The notes under the pieces were generated by a model that saw only the letters and a program-made list of their open reading frames with translations, was not told where the DNA came from and did not search any database. 64,000 nucleotides of DNA from Octopus sinensis (taxonomy: Eukaryota). Of the stretch, positions 38,706 to 52,285 are shown one piece after another. Every line of letters starts with the position of its first letter. The first letter of the stretch is position 1. The translations under genes and the position numbers were made by a program. Where the stretch lies: assembly GCF_006345805.1 (NCBI RefSeq), contig NC_043016.1, positions 7,440,001 to 7,504,000 on the forward strand, in the 5' to 3' direction.

Positions 38706-39496
38706 AAAGAGAAAAATAGCTATATAGTTGCCGGCAGCATAAGCAAAACTTTACAAATGAAAATAATTTCTCCACTCAGTTTTTCAGACATTAAAGATGC
38801 AAGTAACTTTTGTTGTCCCTTCAGGAAATGATCCATAAGTTTAAAATTTGAAATGGCTCTTGATTTGAGCAATTTTCCTCTTAACTTTGAATAGACAAAT
38901 GTATAAACCTATTCCATGTTTATGTATTTGTGTGTGTACACACACACACACACATATTTAATGTCATCCCAGGGCAGATGTTTATTAGTGGTTGATTTGC
39001 AATTTCTGTGTTAGACACGAAATTATTTTATGCTGTGTTGAAGTTTTCTTCATTTTCATTTTGTAGGAGCTCAAGTCCCTTTCTAAGTCCTATTGTGTAT
39101 TAATTGCAGATTTCTCTGTTGTTGGCAAAAATTGACCAGTTATATGCAGGCCTAGAGACTGATTTAGTTTTGATAGCTCTAAGGCTCAGGCAAAATTTTG
39201 ATATGACAATTTTCTGTTGCTAAAACTGTGTTTAAGGTGTTATTAACCAATTTTTTGTTGATTAGCATGTATGCAGCTTGGAAGGTTTCTTTTGAAACTT
39301 GGCATTTAGAAAAACTTTGTCAAGATTAAATTCATTTAGATACTTGCCATTTCTATTTGTAGTTGTGTGGAATGTGTATTTATTTATGGTCTTTGGATGT
39401 TTTGTATCACCTCTATTTACAAGAGCACTGTGCTTTGGTATTTGTAACACCTGCAAGAAGTGGCTCAAGCTGAAATTATACATCAAAGTTCTCAAA

Positions 39497-41215
39497 TGAA
39501 GCCAATTTCAAAAGCTACCAAAAGCACTAGTAGACCTATACCAATCTCAACAACAGTGTTACATCCAAAGTAGAATAAATCAAATTAAACACGCTATTGG
39601 AAACAAGCAGACATCACTAGTATGTCAGACAGTTAAAGAAATAAGCAGGTGCAAAAACTTCAAGTCATAAATTAAAGCTAAAAATACACAGAAACGCTTA
39701 GAAAAGTGGAGGGATCATTTTCAGAATTTGCTTGGGAATATACCCTCAGTTTCTGATACAAATGTAATATCAATTTTTGACCACATCCTTGATATTATAA
39801 CTGGTGGTTTCACTATTGACAAATTAAAAGACATCCTTAAAATCACCCAAAACTGAAAAGCTGCTGAACTAGATAATATTCCACCTGAAGTCTGGAAATA
39901 TTCTGGAAAACAGAATATCAATGATATTCTGTTAGGCTTCTGCAATACAGTCTACAATGGAAACAACATTGATAAATGGACAGAAGGTTGCATACTATTA
40001 TTTCTAAAGAAAGGCGATTTGAGTATTACAAGGAACTACGGAAACATCACTGCTAGTCATCACTACAAAAATTTATAATTCACTCTCATTGAAAAGAACT
40101 TTAGAAAGTTTTAAGAAAGAAATCAAAGTGGCTTCAGAAAAAATAGATCAGCTGTTGGACAAATATTTACAGTATGTTGTCTAATAGAAGGAGTTAAAGC
40201 CAGAAATCATGAAGCAGTATTACTGTTTGATTTCTCAAAGGCATTTGACTCTATCCACTGTGGTAAAAATGGAAAAAGATCACTACTGGCCTATGGTATC
40301 CCTGAGGAAACAACAGTAGCAATTATGATGCTCTATAACACCACCAAATCAATGGTAAGATCCCCAGATGGAGATACAAATCTCTTTGATATCAGAGCCA
40401 GAACACTCCAGCAGGACATATTGGCAATTTCTCTTTCTGAAATTATGTCCTTACAACATCAGTTGACAATCTAAACAGCCTCAGTTTCACACTCATGAAA
40501 AGAAGATCGATCAGACACCCAACTCTACGCTGATGATTTAACCTTGCTCTTCGACACTCTATTGAACTCCACCAAATTACTTCATAGTCTAGAATTAGCT
40601 GGACATTATGTTGGACTACTTGCTAATCTTTGTAAAACCAAGTTCATTGCTCACAGTTAACAAGGATCAATCACCAACACCAATGGAGATCCCCTCAGTC
40701 AAGTTGATTTCATGTACCTGAGTTCTGAGATAGCCTCTACTGAAAAAGATGTAAAAACTCAGACAGCCAAAGCTGGATCTCAACTCTGTCAGACAACCTT
40801 AAGAGGAATTTTTTCGTGCAACAGTAGAGTCAGTCCTGGATGCTTGTCAAAAACCTGGAATCCAAGCTAGATGGCACTTACATCCTAATGTTAAGAGCAG
40901 TCTTAAACATATCTTGGAGTACTCATTCCACCAAGAAACAACTGTGTGGAGAGCTGCTTCTTTCCACCATTATAATGAAAATGCACTTGAGCTTTGCTGG
41001 ACATTGCTAGTGAGCTAAACAAGAGCTGACAAGTGACCTACTGCTATGGATGCCAGAGTGTGACTGTATATGAGCAGGGCATCCAAACACAACATATGTG
41101 GATCAACTCACCAGAGATACTGGATGCTTCTCCAAAGACCTCCATCAGTTAATGCAAAACTGAGATGGCTGGCTTTTGTGGGTTAAAATTGTGCAAGCTC
41201 AACCAGATGATGATT
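39497..41215 (+). mobile_element. Highly degenerate RTE-type LINE (RT plus 3' end)
   Basis: Fragments DNIPPEVWK, DKWTEGCILLF.KKGDL, LFDFSKAFDSIH, YADD and a 3' end GCAAGCTCAACCAGATGATGAT. Confidence 0.75.
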
Positions 41216-42153
41216 ATATCTAATGTATTAACACACTTTTACTAATGGTTTCATGAGAGTCAAAACCCCAATCAGTTTTAGGCCACTAAAAGACCAGTGA
41301 CATTCCACCAATATTCCATACTCAAAATGCAAGAATGAAGTTCTTCTGTGTTAAATTCACTTAGTTTTTCAATCTGCCATGAAAATATTAATGATGTGTT
41401 AATAAGTATTTTGACTACACATTACTCTCTTAATCTAGACATGTTTGAATATCCTATTTTTTTTGTTCATATAAATTCTTTTATATGATACATTGCACAT
41501 ATAAAAGCTCCAATCCGTCTTTCCTTACATGCATAATATTAGGGTTATTAAATGCTATATACATATATACATTTTGCTATATCTTGGGAAGATCGTTACA
41601 CCAATAATAAATACATGCACTGGTTCAATTTCACTTCTTTATCATAGGTCATTTGGTTTGTTATTTACCCAACCAACTAATTTGCTACTTGCTTAATCAG
41701 TCAGTTAAACAAGGCGATTGTTTGACAAAGTCCCTTTTGTCATTCATGACCTCATCAATACCAAGCTCCTCGTTTCCAGATCTGCTTCAAATCTGTTTGT
41801 CTTTGAACTGACGCCTGTGTTTACGAAGCTATATACTTGAGGGAAAACAACTGATTGATTGTCTAACCAAGTGATCAATTAAGTTGCTTGCTTAAAGGAC
41901 TAACCAATTCATTAATAATGAAGTGAAGTTGAATGACTGCATGTATTTATCAGTTGAATGTATTTATCATTGGTGTAATGACCCTCTAAAGACACAACAA
42001 AATGTTTCAGCACAAACCAAATACAAAAACAAAATGTGTGTGTGTGTGTGTGTGTGTATACTCAGAGTCACATGTGTAAACATGTATTATAGATGTCTAT
42101 AGACAATATGAGTATAAATACACACACACACACACCACACAATATATACAGAC

Positions 42154-42188
<35 letters not shown>

Positions 42189-42223
42189 CATATAGATACA
42201 CACATATCATATATAAATATGTG

Positions 42224-42262
<39 letters not shown>

Positions 42263-42358
42263 GATACACACATATACATATATAATATGTGTATATATAT
42301 ATATATATATTATAATATATATATATACACATATAGATACACACATATACATATATAA

Positions 42359-42411
<53 letters not shown>

Positions 42412-42480
42412 GTGTTTTGTGTGTACAGATACACATACATATATATATATAGAAAGAGACAATATGTGTATAGATTCCAT

Positions 42481-42547
<67 letters not shown>

Positions 42548-42552
42548 ATAGA

Positions 42553-42596
<44 letters not shown>

Positions 42597-42856
42597 ATAT
42601 GTGTATAGATACACACACACATATACATATTATATAGACAATATGTGTATAGATGCACGCACACATATATACATATATATACAAACATACACAAACTAGA
42701 ATAATATGTGTTATTTTATAAGTATGATAATATGATTATATATCTTATACTATATATTTTATATATGATCACTGCAACATTCTGGCTCTGTAGGTAGCTT
42801 GCAAATTTAGCATTAAACTATCTGACCATTTTATATCACATACAAGTTGTGAACAT

Positions 42857-42891
<35 letters not shown>

Positions 42892-43384
42892 GCATTCATG
42901 AAAACCAACAAATTTCTCTTTCGATTAAGCAACAACTGCTTTTGAAGAGTTGAATCCTCATTAAATCAACAAGATTAATTATATAAAGCACTAAACAGAA
43001 ACGTACCATTATATACGAGGTCCCAAAATACAAAACAAAACCTCCATTAAGGTGGAGGTGAAAAAAACAACAAACAGGGTGTATTAGTTTAATGCTTAGG
43101 AAATATGGAAGATATTTTTTTTACATTTCTAGCCTATTACTCTTCTACAGAAAGAACAGATGAGTAGAGAAACAAAACGTGAAGAGCTGAATTGAAAGGC
43201 CAAAGCAAATGATATATTAGTTTGCTTAGGCATAGTAACACTAATAACATGGTGTTAGAATCCAGTGTACAGAAACAGCTGTAAGCCAATGAACTTCATG
43301 ACATAATTTCTTATTCCTTTGTCATTCAATTTCTCTTTGTGTATATATGTATGTGTATTTATGTATATGTATGCATACACACAT

Positions 43385-43435
<51 letters not shown>

Positions 43436-43770
43436 ACACATACATACATACATACACATATATACAGATGTATGTATGTGTGTAAATGAACTAACATTAT
43501 TGCATAAAAAGAGAAGAAGTATTCAATACTAAGTGTAGAGTTATAAAATGTTTTATAGAAACAGAAAATTCAAAAATAATACAGTTTCATGCTTGTTATA
43601 TTTAGCATTATATCACATATTCATAAGAAATGAATGGTACTCTATTGTATAAATTCAAGTCTCTGTCCGTTACTTATTTTATTAATGTTGAAAGTTAATG
43701 AACCATGAAACAGCAGAGAATGTTGAGAAGAACAGAAATGAAGAGAGTATGAGAGAAGGGGAAGGGGTGA

Positions 43771-43816
<46 letters not shown>

Positions 43817-44790
43817 AGAGAGGGGAGGGAGACAATGGATTAGAAAAATAGAGACAGTGATGTATGTTGTGAAGAGAAATGGGATGAAATGACTGAGTCA
43901 AGTGCTGAGGAAGGATGAATGAGAGAAGTGATGGGAAATGAATGGAATGGAAGGAAAGAAAAGAATAAGATCAAGAAAGAAATAGCTAAAAATGATGGAG
44001 GAGGAAATGATGGGAATATGTAAAGCTTAAGGAAAAATGGGAAAGACCCCGTCAAGGGGTTCACTGCTAACTTTTGCTTTAACAATGAAAATAGCCTTAA
44101 CACACTTGGTCTTGTATTGTAGTAAGGATGGAGGATAAAGTGTAAAATGGAAGGACTTGAACTAAAAGTGCAGATAATATGAAACTAAATACTCCAAGAC
44201 ATTATATATTCCAGTACTTTATTGCTGTCGCAACTCTACAGCTTTCACTTTCATCGTATGGTAATATTAGTGGATAACACCAAAAAGGGAGACGATTGTA
44301 CATGTAAGATGAATTAAATAATGCCGTGACAGGTTTACAGTACTGCTGTTCCTATGTAAAGCATGTTTTTATTTTCTCACAAAGCTTAGCTTGTGTAGTC
44401 ACTAACCACTGATAACTAGATGTTACATATTTTGCTAAAATGAACTTGGATACAGTCTGTCAGAGCTTTATAGTTTGCATTAACTATCCAAGCTAAAACT
44501 ATGCTTGTGCGGCACTAAATGTGAATACTTTTGAATCATATTCACCTACACAAGTGTCTTAACTGCTGAGATGTATTACACAGACACACACAAATACACA
44601 TATAAGTTGTATAAGATTCATTAAAATTGGTGTAATATATGAGGACTACTTTCATTTTTAGTACCAAATATTTGATGTTAATATAGGGCTTTTAGTTTTT
44701 TTTAAACAAGTATGATTAATTTGACAACAGGTTATTAGCAAGTAACTTGATAATGTCCTAAGGTCAATACAACCATTGTACTAGTTTTTC

Positions 44791-44847
<57 letters not shown>

Positions 44848-45231
44848 AAAATACAAACATGCATATATATATATATATACTGCTTGTTGTCCTTCTGTTT
44901 CTAATCCTTAGAATTCCCCTCTAAGTATTACCTATGATTTGTCTTCATCTAGCTGTAAGGCTGCACTCTTGTTAATTTTTAAAAAATTATTTGTCTTTGT
45001 CCATCGTCTTGAATTACACTTGTTCACTTTCATATGTCAACTTCAGTATTGCCTGTTATCCGTGTATTGTGTCTTTGTTCACAGTCCAATCAATATTCTC
45101 TGGACCCTTGTGTGTGAATGTCGCCAGCCTGGAAGCATTGCAGTCTTATCATAAATGGCATGAAACGGTGTAATACCATCTGGCTGATAACTGATGAGGA
45201 ATTTAGGAACTTTCTGTGTCTGTATGTTTAT

Positions 45232-45266
<35 letters not shown>

Positions 45267-45399
45267 CATATAAACATACATATGTACACATATATATACA
45301 CACGCACATATATATCCATATAAACATATATACACACATATATATGCACACACACAATATATCCATATAAACATATATACACACATATATATGCACACA

Positions 45400-45446
45400 C
45401 ATACATATACATAGCTTATATATATATATTAAACATATACATAGCT

Positions 45447-45477
<31 letters not shown>

Positions 45478-45761
45478 TACATAGCTTATATATATATATA
45501 TATATAAAATATATACATAGCTTATATATACATATATAAAATATATACATAGCTTATATATACATATATAAAATATATACATAGCTTATATATACATATA
45601 TAAAATATATACATAGCTTATCATATACCATAATAAAATATATACATAGCTTATATATATAAAACATATATATAGCTTATATATATATAAAACATATACA
45701 TAGCTTATATATATATAAGACATATACATAGCTTATATATATATAAGACATATACATAGCT

Positions 45762-45793
<32 letters not shown>

Positions 45794-45870
45794 ATACATA
45801 GCTTATATATATATATATATATTTATATACACACACACACACACACACATATACATAGCTCATATATATA
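45400..45870. repeat. Minisatellite with a roughly 25-30-bp unit ACATAGCTTATATATA...
   Basis: ACATAGCTTAT recurs more than ten times, separated by (TA)n of variable length. Confidence 0.85.
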
Positions 45871-46995
45871 TATGTATATACATGCATGTACCTTTGTTTT
45901 CATATCACATGATATGAAAGAAGCAATACCATCGTACAAGCAATGTTGTTCATTTCCAGTTATAAGACATGCCTGGTCATGTGAAAATATTACCATACTT
46001 GGAGACAGGTGAGGGTTGGTGACAGGAAGGACATCCAGCTATAGAAAATTCCCATCAACAAATTCTATCTGACCCATGGAAATATGCGAAAGTGGATATT
46101 AAAACAGTAATAATGATGATGATGATGATATTGTGCATACACACAAATTACATACAAATATATGTGTCTGTATGATGAGGCACAACAGCTTACAGCTTAA
46201 TCTGTAGGGTTACTGATGGTACTTCTGAGTTCATTCCTTTTTCTTTACTACCCACAAGGGGCTACACACAGAGGGGACAAACAAGGACAGACAAACGGAT
46301 TAAGTCGATTACATCGACCCCAGTGCGCAACTGCTACTTAATTTATCGACCCCGAAAGGATGAAAGGCAAAGTCGACCTCGGCGGAGTTTGAACTCAGAA
46401 CGTAATGGCAGACGAAATACGGCTACGCGTTTCGCCCAGTGTGCTAACGTTTCTGCCAGCTCACCGCCTTAAAGTTCAATCCATCCATTCAGCTAGAACT
46501 ATTGTTTATTACTCTGAGTGACAACAAGTTTAAATCAAGGTTAAATGTTAAATAGTAGGAAGGGCAGTCAGCTTTATGAATAATACTCTTAATAAATGAA
46601 TATAAAAATTCTTTTAGTCACAATGCAAGATGAATGAAGAAACTGCATAATTCTATACATGAGCATGTGTGTGTGTGTGTGTAACTTATCTGTTGCTATG
46701 ATGATTGCAGTATTGAGATGCTAAGACATTAGAATTATATTCCACTTGTTTGGAATTAATAGTTTTATCTGCAGTACAATTACTTGTATTGTAACAAACT
46801 TATTCAGTGTAGTCTCATCATAAGCATATATACCAGTTTCACATTATTCTGTGAAATATATAATCATATAATGTGTATGTTTGAGAATATATATTTGTGT
46901 GTGTGTGTATTAAAGCATATATGTATGTATATATGTGTATGCATATATACACACTCACATTAACACATATATATGTCTATAATACATATGCAGAT

Positions 46996-47050
<55 letters not shown>

Positions 47051-47524
47051 TTTATATATACATATTTATTTGCATTAATGGTTGTTTTTACATTAAGTTA
47101 TAAAAACAATTTACATTTAAACTGAAGGATTACCAATACAAATTTATTATTCCTTAACAAGAACGGTATTAACATTGACTTTGAAGTCTTGGCCTGCTAA
47201 TCCATCATTGAACTGTGGTATATTGAAATTCATCAAGGGTCTATATAATCTCTGTTATGTTAAAATTTCCTGGACTGTTGCATGATAATTAGTTTGTGTG
47301 GGAGGTTGTGACGGGGAGGTGTTATGGGATATTTTTTATTGAACAATAATACAACTCCAAATTTTTACCAGAGTTTGCTCATGCATGTAGAACTTTGTAA
47401 TCAGGTGTGTCTATTTAGGTTATGTGAGTTTTAGGTCATGGGTTTGTTTGCAAATGTACCGCAGTCCAATGGTGGGTTAGCTGACCAAAACTTTGAAATT
47501 ACAGCCAATACTATTCTTGTTAAA

Positions 47525-47556
<32 letters not shown>

Positions 47557-48206
47557 GTACATACATATATATACACATACACACATATGTACATATATAT
47601 ATATATATACACACACATATATATATATATTTATACACATACACATGTCCACAGATGCATGGTATGTGAGCATGTATAATGTATAATTTTCCTTTCTTTA
47701 TTGCAAAAGATCTAGAGCTGTTGTAATGAATTTGTGACAATTTATAACAAACATAATTATAATAATTGTTACTAACATAGGCACAAGACCAAAAAAAAAA
47801 ATTTGGTGAGGGCAACTCAATTATATCCACCCCAGTTCTGTACTTTTTAGTTTATTGGCCTTGGGAGGATGAAAGGCAAAGTTGACCTCAGCCGCATTTG
47901 AACTCAGAATGTAAACAGCTGTAACAAAATACATGTTACTTTGTCAGACACACCTAATTCTATCAATCCAATAATAATAATAATAATAATTGTCTCAATC
48001 AAAACAATTGCATAAAAATAATAAGAGGAGGAAAATATTTTAAAAAAAGTCCGATTAATAAAATGTAACAAAAAGTCCCCCAAAAATTAAAAAAAAAGCA
48101 CAATATAAAGTTGGACTTAACTTATTTTTGTTGATTATTAATTGTCTTAATTATACAACAGTAGTGTGATTACAACAATACTTGGGAAGCTATGGAACTT
48201 CCTTAT

Positions 48207-48237
<31 letters not shown>

Positions 48238-49035
48238 AAAAAGGCAACATAAGACATAAAAAACATTTAAAATATGAACAATATTTAATAGTAATAATAA
48301 CAACAACATGAACAATAATATTAATGATGAGAAAAATAATAGTAATTATAATAGTAATGGTTTCTACACAGGCACAAGGCCTCTGATTTGGCTTTGAGGC
48401 AAGTAGGGGAGGGAATATATTAAATTATATTGAAAACCCCTTGTTACCTCTCTGCCCTGAAGAATGATGGGATTAAGTTGACCATAGGGGAATTTGAACT
48501 CAGGACTCAACTGAATACCCAAAGGCATTTTGTTCACCTGTTGTTCTAACACTTTTGCCATCAACTGCCATTTATAATGTTATAACATTGATAATCTCAA
48601 TGTTTTTTTCTTGTCACATGGGCTACACATGAGGGGACATCAATGAACATCCAATAAGGGACAACCATCTACCAATAATAATAATAATAATAATAATAAT
48701 GGTGACGTACATAGGCACAAAGCCAGAAATTTTGGGAAGAGTTGATTGTATTGACTTCAGTCAATTACTTGACTGGTACTTATTTAATCAACCCCAGAAA
48801 AAAAGGAAATGTAAATTTGACTTTAGCAGGATTTGAAATCAGTGTAAAGCTATGCAATTGAATACCACAAGGCATTTAGTTTGCTGTTCTACTACTAATT
48901 CTGTCAATTCACTGCCATAATAACGATGATGATGAAAATAATTTTTCATTATTATTATTACTAATTATTAATTGATTAATTAATTAATAATAATAATGAG
49001 TTTTTTTTTAATAATAATGATGATAATAATAATAA

Positions 49036-49060
49036 TACACTTGATCCTAGCCAAAAGGCC
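49036..49060 (-). pseudogene. U2: U2 snRNA 5' fragment (nt 11-35)
   Basis: Minus GGCCTTTTGGCTAGGATCAAGTGTA versus metazoan U2 GGCCUUUUGGCUAAGAUCAAGUGUA (24/25), followed by (TTA)n. Confidence 0.75.
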
Positions 49061-49180
49061 AATCAAACAAAAGTTAGTGAATTGGAATATTACTTCCACT
49101 TCACTATTGCACACCTGCTCAGCCTAAGTCTATTTGTAAGAGAAGCAGATAATAGTAACCCTCAACACATCACCTGAGTG

Positions 49181-49211
<31 letters not shown>

Positions 49212-49654
49212 GTGTAGTGGGGACAGGATGGGTTTAGTAAAATATCAGATATAATTACATAGACATTCTTTCATTTTTTTTCAAGAATATAAACTAATGT
49301 TTCTACACAGAAGTTGTCTATAGTAGGGGTGGGAAGGACAGTTTGCAAATGGAAACTCCTGCTCTGGAGGTTGTAAATTTTTTTAAAACATTTATTTATA
49401 ACTGAATTCTCAAAATCTTTTACCATTTAACTAATGCTTTCCCAAATAAATTTTTTAATGACTGTTTTTCTCCCCTGCATATCAGGTATTCTATATATAT
49501 ATATATATATTATATATATATATATATATATATTTTGTTGGTGGGGAGTGTGAGCATGTGTGAGTATATATTTGTTGTCATGTTCACCTGTGGTGTGTAT
49601 GTGTTTCTTTGTTAATAATAATAATAATAATAGTAATAATAATAATAAAGAGTA

Positions 49655-49827
49655 TTATTATACGGACTTGAAGTATGAAATCCTCAAATGCTGGAATAAA
49701 GAAATTAACAAGGTCGTGATCCTGCCAATTATAGTTGGGGTCTTAGGAACTGTGAGGTGAAATTTGAGAGCAAACCTTGGAAAACTAGACCTCATTCTAA
49801 GAGTGGGTGCACTGCTTTGTAAAATGG

Positions 49828-49830
<3 letters not shown>
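49655..49830 (+). mobile_element. R4/NeSL-type non-LTR 3' fragment (RLE C-terminus)
   Basis: YTDLKYEILKCWNKEINKVVILPIIVGVLGTV matches KY.DL..EI..LW....V.IIPIVVGALG. It follows a (TAA)n tract. Confidence 0.65.
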
Positions 49831-49862
<32 letters not shown>

Positions 49863-52285
49863 CATACACACACAGATGGTCTTTAATGCCAACTACTTGA
49901 TGATATTGATATGGAGTCATTCCCTGACACGACTAAAAAATTAAATAAAATGTGTGGGACTTCTCAGCTGAATTCAACAATTCTGAGATTGGGTAAATTG
50001 TTTGTTCCAAATATTCAGATATAAAAGAATTGGATCAAAGCTTTCTGAGTTCTCTGGATCAAATTAATCTGGGATTAGGTACTGTATTGAAAGCCTATTA
50101 CTTGGTTCTACTAGAATTATCTCAACAAAGTCCTCAATACTAAGTAAAAACAGACTTGAAGAGCAGAAAAAGACTTATTTAGAAGGTATAAAAATGCTCT
50201 TCATCCTAGAAATCAAGTTTTTGGTTGATAGGAAGCATAATTAAACTAGTTATAGCAACAATAGCATGTAACAGGAGAATATTAATAACTGTCTCTAACA
50301 AAGGCACAGCCAGAAATTTGAAAGAGAGGAATAGTTGGTTACATTGATGCTGTCCTCACCACTAGTATTTGACAGGTACTTAATTTTATTGATTCCAGTG
50401 GGGTGGTGAAAGGTAAAGTAGACCTTGGCGAGATTTGAACTCAGAACTTGAAGAACCATAACGAATACTACTAGGCATCTTGTCTGGTTCTCTAGCAATT
50501 CTGTCAAAAAACTGCCTGTCAATAATGATAATGAATTCAATTTTTGTTACATAGCCAGCAGTTTTTAAGAAGAAGAGAAAATAAATTACTTTGACCCCAG
50601 TACTTCACTGGTACTTATTTTATCAATAAGACCTCAGCAGAATTTGAACTCAGAATGTAAAAAGCATTTTGTCTAGCATTCTAATGCTTCTGCCAGCTCA
50701 CTGCCTAAATGATAATTCTTTCCACAATAGGTATAAAGCATGAAACTTAATGAGGAGGAGAGTTAGTCAGTTGCATCACCTGTGTTCAAAAAATGAAAGG
50801 CAAAGCTGACTCCATTGGGATTTGAACCCGGTTAAAACATAAAAGAGCCAATAAAAATGCCACCAAGCATTTTGTTTGCAAGCTCACCTTTCTTCTTCCC
50901 TCATAAACTACAATAAGCATCAAAACTTTCAAAGAAGAAGTAGTTTGTCAAAAAAGATTTGTTACTTCAACTTTACGTAAAGTGAGGTATTTTACCACTA
51001 AAAGCAGTGAAGATCAACACAAAAGAAAAACTGCTTTGTAAAAAGGATTTATAGATACCTTTGCTGCCTTTACTGCCAAATACTTAATAATATTAATATG
51101 GAGTGTCTACCTGACATAAGTAAGCAAGTAAAGGTTTTGTGCAAAACTTCTCAGTTGAATTTGACAACTCTAATTGAGACTGGATAAGTTATTCAGACAC
51201 TTAAAAAAAAAAAAGCATGATCCTCAGATAGAATTTAAAAAATTAGAAAGCGAAAGTAAATTATGCTTTCCAGCTGAACTGGCCAATTTTAGAAATACTC
51301 CATATTCATTGGCTGGAAAAGGAAAGCAAAGTGGAGGAAAGAAAAGTTACAACTTAGCGAACAGACGGTTATTGTCCTAGTTGCAGGGATAACTTACAAA
51401 TCTTACAATGCTGCCTTTAAACAAAGGCTTTTCAAGACAACACCAAACCAGAAAATGCTGCATCAAAATTAAAGTAAAATATTTCTTTTAAAGAGATTAA
51501 AACTCCAATACATTGAACAATTAAAAAGACAGAATTAGTGAATTAATAGCAATACATATTTGTTGCTATTAGTGGAACATGTGTGTGTACACACCCACCC
51601 ACATATATATTCACATACACATATACATATATTGCAAAAAAGCTTAAGTGGAATATATGATCTTCTGGAATAGATCATTTCCAAATTATTGTTTTTCTAT
51701 TTATCTTTTTGCAATGTTAAACATCAATTGTAATAATACTAACAGTAATAACAATAATTTCAATATTTCCTAACTTAAGCATTAAGCTGCATGTTTTCAG
51801 GGAAGGAGCAGTTGATCATAAAGACCTCAATACTTGATTGGTACTAATTCAAAATAATCATTAATTTTTCTAATTTAATACCATTTAAATGAATTATAAT
51901 ACTTCATGATAATGATGATAATATTAATACAAATTCTAAAAATAATAATGATAATTATTTCAAATTTTAGAATAAAGCCAGCAATTTTAAGGGGGATGAG
52001 TTAATCAATTACACAGACCCCAGGAATTAATTGGCACTTTATTTTATCCACCCCAAAAGGATGAAAGGAAAAGTTGACCTTGGTGGGATTTGAGCTCAGA
52101 ATGTAAAGAGCTTGAAGAAATGCCACTAAGCATTTTATCCAAAGTGCTAATGATTTCAGCAGCAATACTGCCATTTACATTATTTTACTTTCAGTGTGTT
52201 TTAATTTCTCTAAAAAAAAAAATTTTTTAAATAGGTTTACTTTCTCCAGTCTTTTGCAAGGATTTCCATATTTCAGTCTTTGTGA

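Noticed and set aside
45140-45215. GAAAC...CTGATGAG arrangement resembling a permuted hammerhead
   Set aside because: Helices I and II do not pair convincingly.
1340-47830. Dozens of ORFs rich in YI, MYVC, HT or ER repeats (e.g. 1340-1808, 22857-25408, 42097-42699)
   Set aside because: They are translations of (TA)n, (TATG)n, (CA)n and (GA)n microsatellites that lack stop codons by composition.
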